Positions 39,627 through 47,526 of a stretch of DNA of 64,000 bases are shown here, piece by piece (the stretch's first letter is position 1; every line of letters begins with the position of its first letter). Position numbers and translations under genes: made by a program. Below the pieces are notes generated by a model that ran no database searches, was not told where the DNA came from, and saw nothing but the letters and a program-made list of their open reading frames with translations. The DNA is from an uncultured Desulfobacteraceae bacterium. Its GTDB lineage: Bacteria; Desulfobacterota; Desulfobacteria; Desulfobacterales; UBA11574. The stretch is from positions 12,879-76,878 of the forward strand of contig CAZQAF010000001.1 of assembly GCA_964591175.1 (NCBI GenBank), read 5' to 3'.

Positions 39627-40583
39627 ATGTTCGATATTCGTAACATGTTGCTTTGGATTGGGATACTGACCGTGCTGACGGCTTTACCTGCATTACCGGC
39701 ACCGGCCCGGGAGACGGCCCGTGCACCAGCGCAGACCGTTTTCGTTTCTCCGGAGAAAGCGGTGCAGTCCCTGGTGACGGATGTGCGCGAAGACAACGAC
39801 AGCGGACTCGCCGCCATATTCGGAACGGGATCGGAAGACCTCATCTCCTCCGGCGACCGGGTTGCCGATCGCAACGACCGCCAGCATTTTCTCAAGGCTT
39901 ATGCCGAGAAAAATTATTTGGAACGGCACGATGACAACCAGGTGGTGCTGCATATCGGCAAGTCGGATTATGCCTTTCCCATCCCCATCGTACGCCGGGA
40001 GAAAGGCTGGGCTTTCGACACACCGGCCGGCAGGGAGGAGATCCTCAACCGGCGTATCGGCCGTAACGAACTGCGTACCATCGAAGTGCTGCGCGAATAT
40101 GGTGACGCCCAGCGCGATTATGCCGATCGTCTGCAACAAAAAGGGAAGACCGCCCATTTCGCGCGGCGGCTGATCAGTACCGAAGGGTCCCATGACGGTC
40201 TTTACTGGGCGGCCGGAAAAGGTGAGAACGAGAGTCCCTTCGGTCCGTTGATCGCCCGGGCCGGCGAAGCCGGCTATTCGGGCAAGCTTATGGGCAAGGG
40301 GGCCGAACCCTTCAACGGCTATTACTTCAAGATTCTTACCGCCCAGGGGCCGCACGCCGTCGGCGGTGCCTTTAATTATCTGGTCAACGGAAAACTGATT
40401 TTAGGTTTCGGATTGCTGGCCTATCCGGCGCGGTATGGTTCTACGGGCGTCAAGACCTTTATCGTCAACCAGGAAGGGGTGGTTTATGAAAAGGATCTGG
40501 GTGAGAAAACCGGCGAGGCAGCGGCCATGACCACCTATAACCCCGATGACACGTGGAAGCAATCCAAGGACCCGCCAGAATAA
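39627..40583 (+). CDS. DUF2950 domain secreted protein
   Basis: 318 aa; signal peptide and …GYYFKILTAQGPHAVGGAFNYLVNGKLILGFGLLAYPARYGSTGVKTFIVNQEGVVYEKDLG. The family usually pairs with DUF3300. GAAGGAGG RBS. Confidence 0.75.
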   Translation: MFDIRNMLLWIGILTVLTALPALPAPARETARAPAQTVFVSPEKAVQSLVTDVREDNDSGLAAIFGTGSEDLISSGDRVADRNDRQHFLKAYAEKNYLERHDDNQVVLHIGKSDYAFPIPIVRREKGWAFDTPAGREEILNRRIGRNELRTIEVLREYGDAQRDYADRLQQKGKTAHFARRLISTEGSHDGLYWAAGKGENESPFGPLIARAGEAGYSGKLMGKGAEPFNGYYFKILTAQGPHAVGGAFNYLVNGKLILGFGLLAYPARYGSTGVKTFIVNQEGVVYEKDLGEKTGEAAAMTTYNPDDTWKQSKDPPE

Positions 40584-40639
40584 CCGGAATCGACTGCAGT
40601 GGCGGTGCCGGCAAAACAAAAAAAGGTTATATAAAATCC

Positions 40640-41902
40640 ATGACCCAAATACAAAACGACGAAAAATTGATGGCGAAGGGATATCGAAAAGCCATGGATC
40701 TGCTGGGAGAATGTAGCCGTCCCGAGGGTTTTCTGGCCAGCCCGACGGACGATCAGAACTACCGGCGCATTTGGGGGAGAGACAGTGTCATCATCGGCCT
40801 GGCCGCCCTTTTGACCGACGATAATGAACTCCATGACACCTTCAAACGAAGCCTCGAAACGTTGGCCCGCCACCAGGGACCACACGGTGAGATACCCAGC
40901 AACGTAGATCCAAAAAGCGAACGGGTGAGCTACGGCGGCATGACCGGGCGGGTGGATGCGGACCTTTGGTTCATCATCGGCTGCGGAGAATACTGGAAAG
41001 CGACCGGTGACCTGGATTTTCTCGGTAAGATGCTGCCGGTCATCGAAAAGGTTCGGTTTCTGCTGGGCGCCTGGCAGTTCAACAACCGGGGCCTGCTTTA
41101 TGTTCCGGCCACCGGAGACTGGGCCGACGAGTACCTGCACAACGGCTATGTCCTTTACGATCAGCTTCTCTACCTACAGGCGCTTCGCACCATAGGAGAG
41201 GTCCGGACCCAGTGCCACGATAGCCATGACCATCGGCTCGACGAACAAAAAAGCCGGCTTAAACACCTGATCCGGGACAATTACTGGTTCGCCGATGATG
41301 CCGATGTACCGGACGATGTCTACCACGACGTCATCTACCAGAAGGGGAAAAAGATTGCCGCCGGCAATAAGAACCGCTACTGGATGTCTTTTTTCTCTCC
41401 CCACGGCTATGGGTACCGGTTTGACGCCCTGGCCAACATTTTTGCCTCTCTTTTCGGCGTGGCGGACGAACGGCGCCGGCGGCTTGTGGACAGGTATATC
41501 GAACAGGAACTGGCGGACGAAGAGCTCAAGCTGGTGCCGGCCTTCCATCCGGTGATCACTCCTGTGGACAAGGATTGGGAAGAGCTTCATATCATTTTTT
41601 CCTACCATTTCAAAAACAGGCCCTATGAATATCACAACGGCGGCCTCTGGCCCATGATCACCGGCTTCTATGTGGCCGACCTGAGCCGGCGGGGTCTGAT
41701 GGATGCGGCCCGGGAATACCTGATCGGGATCCATCGGGCCAACCGCATGGAAATGGAAGGAGAGGCCTGGGGTTTTCCCGAGTATGTCCATGGCAAAGAG
41801 TACACTCCGGGCGGCACCCGTCATCAGGGCTGGAGCGCGGCTGGCGCTATCGTCGGCCATTATGCCCTAAAAGGAAAGGAGATGTTTCGTATCCATGGAT
41901 GA
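40640..41902 (+). CDS. (alpha/alpha)6-barrel glycoside hydrolase, GH100 (neutral invertase)/amylo-alpha-1,6-glucosidase-like
   Basis: …GFLASPTDDQNYRRIWGRDSVIIGLAAL…HGEIPSNV…GRVDADLWFIIGCGEYWKATGDLDFL… The ATG at 40640 (MTQIQNDEK…) is preferred. The track start at 40553 overlaps the upstream gene. Confidence 0.65.
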   Translation: MTQIQNDEKLMAKGYRKAMDLLGECSRPEGFLASPTDDQNYRRIWGRDSVIIGLAALLTDDNELHDTFKRSLETLARHQGPHGEIPSNVDPKSERVSYGGMTGRVDADLWFIIGCGEYWKATGDLDFLGKMLPVIEKVRFLLGAWQFNNRGLLYVPATGDWADEYLHNGYVLYDQLLYLQALRTIGEVRTQCHDSHDHRLDEQKSRLKHLIRDNYWFADDADVPDDVYHDVIYQKGKKIAAGNKNRYWMSFFSPHGYGYRFDALANIFASLFGVADERRRRLVDRYIEQELADEELKLVPAFHPVITPVDKDWEELHIIFSYHFKNRPYEYHNGGLWPMITGFYVADLSRRGLMDAAREYLIGIHRANRMEMEGEAWGFPEYVHGKEYTPGGTRHQGWSAAGAIVGHYALKGKEMFRIHG

Positions 41903-42785
41903 TCCAATTGAAATTCTTTTGTGCAGCGACCTGGACCGTACCATTCTTCCCAACGGCGAGGCGCCCGAATCGCCCGGAGCCCGGGAGGTGCTGCGGCGGA
42001 TTGCCCGGCGCGCGGAGATTCGGCTGGCTTATGTCAGCGGTCGAAACCGCAAGCTCATCGAGGAGGCTATCGAAAACTATCGTCTGCCCCTTCCCGACTT
42101 TGCCATCGGCGATGTGGGCACGACGATTTACGACCTGGATAAAGGGCACTGGAACGAGTGGGCGGCCTGGAACGAAGAGATTTCCAAAGACTGGCCCGAA
42201 GGAGGGCGTGATGAACTGGCCGGAAAACTGTCGGACATGACCCGTCTGCAGCTGCAGGAACCCGAGAAGCAGAACCGTTTCAAGTTGAGCTATTATACCG
42301 ACGCCGACGCCGACCAGCAGCGGCTCGTTCAGGAGATCCGCCAGCGGCTCGAAGGTCGCGGCGTCCGGCCCAGCGTCATCTGGAGCGTGGACGAACAGCG
42401 TGATGTCGGGCTGATCGACATTTTGCCGAAGCGGGCCAACAAGGTTCACGCGGTCAGATTTCTGGCCCAAAGAAAGGGCGTTTCAAAAAAGCGTGTGGTC
42501 TACGCCGGGGACAGCGGAAACGACCTGGCGGTGATGGTCAGCGACATTCACTCGATTCTGGTTCGAAACGCCGCCGAAAAGGTCCGGCGCGAAGCGCGCG
42601 AATCGGTTGAAAAAAGCGGTCTCGAGGAAACCTTATACGAGGCAAAGGGAGGCTTTTTGGGGATGAACGGCAACTACACCGCCGGGGTCCTCGAGGGGCT
42701 GGCACACTTTCTGCCCGTTACCCGTGAATGGATCGAAAAAGCACTTGTCGAGTCCGATACCGGCACTTCCCCTATTTCCCAGTGA
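41895..42785 (+). CDS. HAD-IIB hydrolase, sucrose-6-phosphate phosphatase-like
   Basis: 296 aa; LLCSDLDRTILP (DxD nucleophile motif), …YVSGRN…, FKLSYY, DILPKRANKVHAVRFL, YAGDSGND. Has an 8-nt overlap with the upstream hydrolase gene. Confidence 0.7.
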   Translation: MDDPIEILLCSDLDRTILPNGEAPESPGAREVLRRIARRAEIRLAYVSGRNRKLIEEAIENYRLPLPDFAIGDVGTTIYDLDKGHWNEWAAWNEEISKDWPEGGRDELAGKLSDMTRLQLQEPEKQNRFKLSYYTDADADQQRLVQEIRQRLEGRGVRPSVIWSVDEQRDVGLIDILPKRANKVHAVRFLAQRKGVSKKRVVYAGDSGNDLAVMVSDIHSILVRNAAEKVRREARESVEKSGLEETLYEAKGGFLGMNGNYTAGVLEGLAHFLPVTREWIEKALVESDTGTSPISQ

Positions 42786-43202
42786 ATTCCCATACCCGGT
42801 TCTGCGGATATCGTCTATTTCACCCCATCTGAAAAAAATACCTTCTTGACAGCATAAACCGGTATCGGGTAGTGTTTTAAGTATCACTTATTAACTCATC
42901 ACTTGCCGCAGTATGTTAGTTGCTTGATATCCTTTCCCGTTGCATGACGGGTGTTTCATGCTACGGTGCTCAACTTTAAATTTTTTCTTATCCAAATTTC
43001 AAGAAAAGGATCCTTACCAACTATCCAATCCGTTTGGACGGGTAACGTTCCATTTAGTACCCGTTAAAATCTGCGGCCAAAACCTTAAGATGCTAAAGAT
43101 TCACGATTTCGTTTTTAAACATATTTTTAGGCATGATCATCGATCAGAGCCGATTCGGTCCTTCAAAATGAGTATGATTTTGTGAATGGAAAGGATGGAA
43201 AA

Positions 43203-44474
43203 ATGAGACGGATATGGTTGGGAAGCATCTTTTCAGTTGTTTTATCAATTCTTTTTCTCGCATTTTTCTCCGGCAAAGCAAATGCGATTCCGGCATTTGC
43301 CAGAAAATATAAGACATCCTGCGTGCTATGCCATGCCCCGTTTCCCAGGCTGACCGCAATGGGCGAGGCCTTCAGATTGAACGGGTACAAATTGCCTCAG
43401 GCCGACGAGATTTATGTGAAAGAGCAGCCGGTTTCCATGGGCGCCGAAGCTTACAAGAAAGTATTTCCCGAAGCGATCTGGCCGTCCACGATTCCCGGCT
43501 TGCCCCCCCTTGCCGTTCGTATTATCGGGGATGCGAATTATCATCCTTTCGGCCACCAAACAGACCGCAGCGAATTCAATTTCCCCCAAGAGTTTACAAT
43601 CCTTAGCGCGGGTTCATTCGGTGAAAACTTTGCTTTTTTTGCCGATGTCGGGTTTGAGAAAGAAGATGACAGTTACTCGACAAATCCCAAAGCCTGGCTG
43701 ATGTGGCAGAATCTTTTTTCAGGGCTGGTGGGCGAACATCATTTCAACCTCAAGGCAGGCAATGTGGGCCGGCACACCATTGCTTTGCCGGATACGAGAA
43801 ATGAAAACAGTTTTACCATAGAAGACTATCTTTATGTCACCGAGCTTGATTTTGATAACGAACCCGGCTTTCAGGTGGACGGGTACGGCCGGCATTGGCG
43901 ATACGGCGTCGGCGTTGTGGAAACAGACACGGACAACAGCGACAAGGATTTTTACGGGACCGTTGCCTGGAAATTCGGAGGGCTTGGATATGACGGCTCC
44001 GGGGGAAAATCCGAGGCAGGCGGTGTCGGCACCACCCCGTCGGGTTACTGGCGGGATGATTCGGTGCTTTTCGGCGGTTTCATTTACAGGAGCCGGGTCG
44101 GTATAAACGCCGATCCCTATGATCGGATCGGTGGAGATGCCCGGATCAATTATAAGGACGTTTCCCTGGCTGCCGGATACATCCACGGCAGCAATGACCA
44201 GACCAAAGAGAATAAAAATATCTGGTTTGGCGAAACATATTATTTTGTTTTTCCATGGATGGTGCCTTACCTTAGGTATGAGAACCTTTCCGTAACAAAT
44301 GTCGGAAACAAGGATCAAGCAAGATTTGTCGTGGGTTCGGCGATGCTTTTGCGGGCCAATATCAGGGCCAATGTGGAAGCAAGGATTTACACGAAAAATG
44401 AACCGCGAGAAGCCGCCGGCGGCGAAAAAAAGGATGACGATCAGATCGCCTTCCGATTGGATTGGGCGTTTTAA
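43203..44474 (+). CDS. Cyc2-like fused monoheme cytochrome c / outer-membrane beta-barrel protein (putative)
   Basis: Signal peptide MRRIWLGSIFSVVLSILFLAFFSGKANA, then IPAFARKYKTSCVLCH with a single CxxCH (nt 43320..43334). About 380 aa follow that are rich in alternating amphipathic stretches and G/Y/D/N turns, ending …QIAFRLDWAF with a C-terminal aromatic. The ATG at 43203 is preferred over the track's GTG at 43182. Confidence 0.6.
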   Translation: MRRIWLGSIFSVVLSILFLAFFSGKANAIPAFARKYKTSCVLCHAPFPRLTAMGEAFRLNGYKLPQADEIYVKEQPVSMGAEAYKKVFPEAIWPSTIPGLPPLAVRIIGDANYHPFGHQTDRSEFNFPQEFTILSAGSFGENFAFFADVGFEKEDDSYSTNPKAWLMWQNLFSGLVGEHHFNLKAGNVGRHTIALPDTRNENSFTIEDYLYVTELDFDNEPGFQVDGYGRHWRYGVGVVETDTDNSDKDFYGTVAWKFGGLGYDGSGGKSEAGGVGTTPSGYWRDDSVLFGGFIYRSRVGINADPYDRIGGDARINYKDVSLAAGYIHGSNDQTKENKNIWFGETYYFVFPWMVPYLRYENLSVTNVGNKDQARFVVGSAMLLRANIRANVEARIYTKNEPREAAGGEKKDDDQIAFRLDWAF

Positions 44475-44490
44475 AAAAGGAGGATACCAG

Positions 44491-45135
44491 ATGATGGAAT
44501 CAATAAAAAAATATTTTTCTTTCGGATTATTTTGGGGCGTGGTTTTTCTTATTTTCTTGCTCGCTTTTGCGGTTCGGATACCACAGGCCAAAGCAGGGGG
44601 ACAGGGGGGAATCATCAAGGGAACAGTGGATTCCCCCTATGTCAGCCGGTTTCCGGCGCTGGTTTACATCGACCATGTGGACGGATCGTTTCCGTTGTCC
44701 AAAAAGAATCCCCACATGAGCCAGAAAGGCATGGTTTTCAGGCCTCACATCCTGCCGATTCTAAAGGGCGCCACGGTTGATTTTACCAATGACGATACCG
44801 TGGCCCACAATGTGTTTTCGCCCCCGGGGTCGGCCACGCCATTTAACCTCGGAATATACGGCACGGGCGTCAAAAAGACCGAAACCTTCAATCATTTGGG
44901 AGAGGTGCCGCTTCTTTGCAGTGTCCATCCGGAAATGAGCGCCTTTGTGATCGTTTTACAAAATCCCTATTATGCGCTGACCGACAATGATGGAAACTTT
45001 GAAATAAAGAATGTGCCGCCCGGAAAATATCAATTGAAAACCTGGGATGAAAAACTAAAGGCGTCTTCACAGCCAGTGACGGTGGCGCCAGGAAAAACAA
45101 CAACCGTGGAATTCAAAGGAATGACCAAAAGATAG
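44491..45135 (+). CDS. cupredoxin (type-1 copper ligand set) fused to a carboxypeptidase-regulatory-like beta-sandwich
   Basis: N-terminal hydrophobic anchor or signal. …GATVDFTNDDTVAHNVFS…PLLCSVHPEMSAFVIV gives H…C-x2-H-x2-M. The C-terminal TDNDGNFEIKNVPPGKYQLKTW is CarboxypepD_reg-like. AAAGGAGGA RBS before ATG 44491; the track start at 44299 is an over-extension. Confidence 0.7.
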   Translation: MMESIKKYFSFGLFWGVVFLIFLLAFAVRIPQAKAGGQGGIIKGTVDSPYVSRFPALVYIDHVDGSFPLSKKNPHMSQKGMVFRPHILPILKGATVDFTNDDTVAHNVFSPPGSATPFNLGIYGTGVKKTETFNHLGEVPLLCSVHPEMSAFVIVLQNPYYALTDNDGNFEIKNVPPGKYQLKTWDEKLKASSQPVTVAPGKTTTVEFKGMTKR

Positions 45136-45162
45136 ATCCCGGAGAATTAATTGGAGGTTTTT

Positions 45163-45978
45163 ATGATCAAAAATAAGCGATCGGGGTTGTTGTTTGTCAT
45201 TATTCTGATCGGTCTGTTTTCTTTTCCATGCTTTGCGGATGACATCGTGTTTCGGAATCCTAAGGGTTCGCAAACCGGCGTGGTTGTCGGAGAGGATGAT
45301 CAAAGCATAACGATCCGCTTTCCAAAAGCGGCGATAAAATCCGTAAAAAGGAGCGATGGCGAACCATCGACCACTCTTTCAGGCAAGGTGATCTGGGAAG
45401 AAAGAAAAGATTATCTGATTTTGAAAATTCCGCGCGGCAGCATCCGCATGGTCCAACAAAAAACCGGGCCAAGCGCGCCGTCCGTGGAACAGGAATCAGG
45501 ATCCACCGGATTTTCCCAAAAGAATGAAACGGCGGTCCGGCCCGAAAAGCCGCCCGGGAAGATCGGAAAAGCCGGGACTGAACACATCTCCGGTTCCCCG
45601 GTCAATATGAGTGCCCACCAGGAGTTGTTGAAAGAAGAGATGGGGAGCGTAGAAGGGGTGATCCTGTGGCAGGGAAAACCACTGAGAAACCGTCCGGTAA
45701 AAATCGTCCTCGAACGGTATACGGGATTTTCCCGGGCTGCCCTCGAGAAATGGTTTGCAGCGGAGAAAGGAACGTCTTTGCAGGACGGAATTATTCTGGG
45801 GACGCGGACCGATTCTTTGGGTCATTATATCTTTCACGAAGTTCCCCCGGGATATTATCGGCTGTATTGGATGCCGGATGCCAGTACGGGTTGGATCCGA
45901 CGGCTTCGGGAAAAACCGGACATGGACATCACTACCGGGAACCTGAGCGTCACGAATGTTCCGGAGAAATTAAAATAG
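45163..45978 (+). CDS. secreted hypothetical protein with C-terminal CarboxypepD_reg-like domain
   Basis: MIKNKRSGLLFVIILIGLFSFPCFA signal peptide. C-terminus …TDSLGHYIFHEVPPGYYRLYW. GGAGG RBS before ATG 45163. Confidence 0.6.
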   Translation: MIKNKRSGLLFVIILIGLFSFPCFADDIVFRNPKGSQTGVVVGEDDQSITIRFPKAAIKSVKRSDGEPSTTLSGKVIWEERKDYLILKIPRGSIRMVQQKTGPSAPSVEQESGSTGFSQKNETAVRPEKPPGKIGKAGTEHISGSPVNMSAHQELLKEEMGSVEGVILWQGKPLRNRPVKIVLERYTGFSRAALEKWFAAEKGTSLQDGIILGTRTDSLGHYIFHEVPPGYYRLYWMPDASTGWIRRLREKPDMDITTGNLSVTNVPEKLK

Positions 45979-46002
45979 AAAAAAATGGTTAAGGAGACAA
46001 TC

Positions 46003-47046
46003 ATGGGAGTGAGACATAGCGTTTTTATCGGGTCGGTAAGCATCGGCATCTTTATCGTCTTTGCCGCGGTTCTTTTGCTTGCGAGCAGCGGAAACACGGG
46101 CAAAGGGCCGGTGGCTGATCATCGCCAAGGGATCGGCGACGCACAACACTTCGATCCGGTCGATCCGGTGACACCCGCTCACGGTCCCAGTTGGATCAAA
46201 CATATCGGCATCTTCGATATCAGGGCCACCGCCATGGGAGAAATGGGAGGGTATGATCCACCGCCCCCGTCACCCCGTAAAGAACCGGAGTTTCCCGTAG
46301 AAACAGCACGGCCGGGAAATCCCACGGGAATGGGAATGGGCGGCATGATGGGACGATCTTATAACAACTACCGGCTCAGTCCCGCTGAAACGGAAAGACT
46401 GATGGGGGAGCGGTTTTTTCTCGCCGGCAGCGACCTCTACCGTCTGGACTGCCGGTCCTGCCACGGGCCGAACGGCGATGGGGCGCCGCCTGAAATCAAC
46501 TCGCTCATCGGCCCGTTTCAGGGAACATCACCCGTTCTTCTTGAAAGGCGTATGAAAAAATTGGGCAGGCCCATCGGTGCGAAGCTGGCAAAGGAGCTTG
46601 CCGGCCAGGCAGAGCAAAACATCCGTCAGCGGCTTCAAAATGGGGGCAAAAAAATGCCGCCGTTCCGGCATCTCGATGGAAAAGAAGTCGATGCCTTGTT
46701 GAGCTACCTGAAAGGGCATGTCGGGGCTCCCGAAGCTCAGGGAAAACCCATGCTGGTCATGGAGTCCGTTTCCCGGGTGGGTGAACATCTGGTGAAGGGA
46801 ACCTGCCAGATCTGTCACGACGCGACGGGTCCGGGAATCGGACGGATGGGGATGATGCGGGGGATTATCCCGTCGCTGGCCAGTTTTCCCTGGGAACAAT
46901 CGATGCAAAGCATCGTCTTGCAAGTTGAACTCGGATCGCGGATGATGATGATGGGCGGGCAGCGAATGCCGGCATACCCCTATATCACCGCCGAAGAATC
47001 CGCCGCGGCTTATCTGTACCTTTTGCAGTATCCACCGTATTACTAA
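46003..47046 (+). CDS. membrane-anchored diheme c-type cytochrome with Met/Gly-rich segments
   Basis: N-terminal TM helix. Two CxxCH motifs: CRSCH (nt 46450..46464) and CQICH (nt 46804..46818), each followed by a candidate distal Met (GGKKMPPF, GGQRMPAY). AAGGAGA lies 5 nt before ATG 46003. Confidence 0.75.
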   Translation: MGVRHSVFIGSVSIGIFIVFAAVLLLASSGNTGKGPVADHRQGIGDAQHFDPVDPVTPAHGPSWIKHIGIFDIRATAMGEMGGYDPPPPSPRKEPEFPVETARPGNPTGMGMGGMMGRSYNNYRLSPAETERLMGERFFLAGSDLYRLDCRSCHGPNGDGAPPEINSLIGPFQGTSPVLLERRMKKLGRPIGAKLAKELAGQAEQNIRQRLQNGGKKMPPFRHLDGKEVDALLSYLKGHVGAPEAQGKPMLVMESVSRVGEHLVKGTCQICHDATGPGIGRMGMMRGIIPSLASFPWEQSMQSIVLQVELGSRMMMMGGQRMPAYPYITAEESAAAYLYLLQYPPYY

Positions 47047-47136
47047 GTAAATACGGTATGGTACCGGTTATTGAAATGTATTTGATATTTGGAATTTTTT
47101 ATTCGGTTTTCAAAGATGGGTCATTGACAATAGGGA

Positions 47137-47174
47137 TGACGTGCCATAATTTTAAATAATTATGGTTGCCGTCA
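47137..47174. promoter_or_regulatory. palindromic candidate operator upstream of the pentose-phosphate operon
   Basis: TGACG-tg-CCATAATT-ttaaat-AATTATGG-ttgc-CGTCA. The inner 8-bp arms are perfect. TTGACA lies at 47124..47129 just upstream, and a second perfect TGACGTCA lies at 47462..47469. Confidence 0.35.
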
Positions 47175-47526
47175 TATGGCGGTGGCGCGATCTTTGGTCC
47201 TGCGATATGTTTTTAAAGCATGACACTGCCGGACACAAGTCTGCGGTACACAAATTTAAGCTTTTCCTAATTCCGGTAAAGATACTGGTTCAAAACAGCC
47301 TCTTTTTTTGCAGACAGAATTAGAAAGGGTCAAAAGAGACCCAGTCAATGGGAAAACCCCTTTTATTTCAATTCAAATACAACAAATACCAGGTTGAAAT
47401 ACTGTAAGGTGCAAATGTACGGTCAATACTGTTTTTAACAATTTAAAAGCAATGCATTTTTTGACGTCACAAAGATCTGGCAAGGGCTGTTAAAAAAACA
47501 TTGCATATAGAAAGGCATTTCTCGCC

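Noticed and set aside
42786-43202. Possible riboswitch or leader upstream of the Cyc2-like operon (e.g. hairpin acgggta…tacccgt, 43038..43064)
   Set aside because: I could not match it to any riboswitch consensus I know, including c-di-GMP-I. Only a generic hairpin is present, and a covariance-model scan (Rfam/Infernal) would be needed.
44299-44490. 5' extension of the cupredoxin ORF (track start 44299); similar extensions at 40553, 55056, 8872, 15817 and 43182
   Set aside because: The extensions overlap the preceding genes or lack an RBS. Internal ATGs with good SD sequences and family-typical N-termini were preferred.
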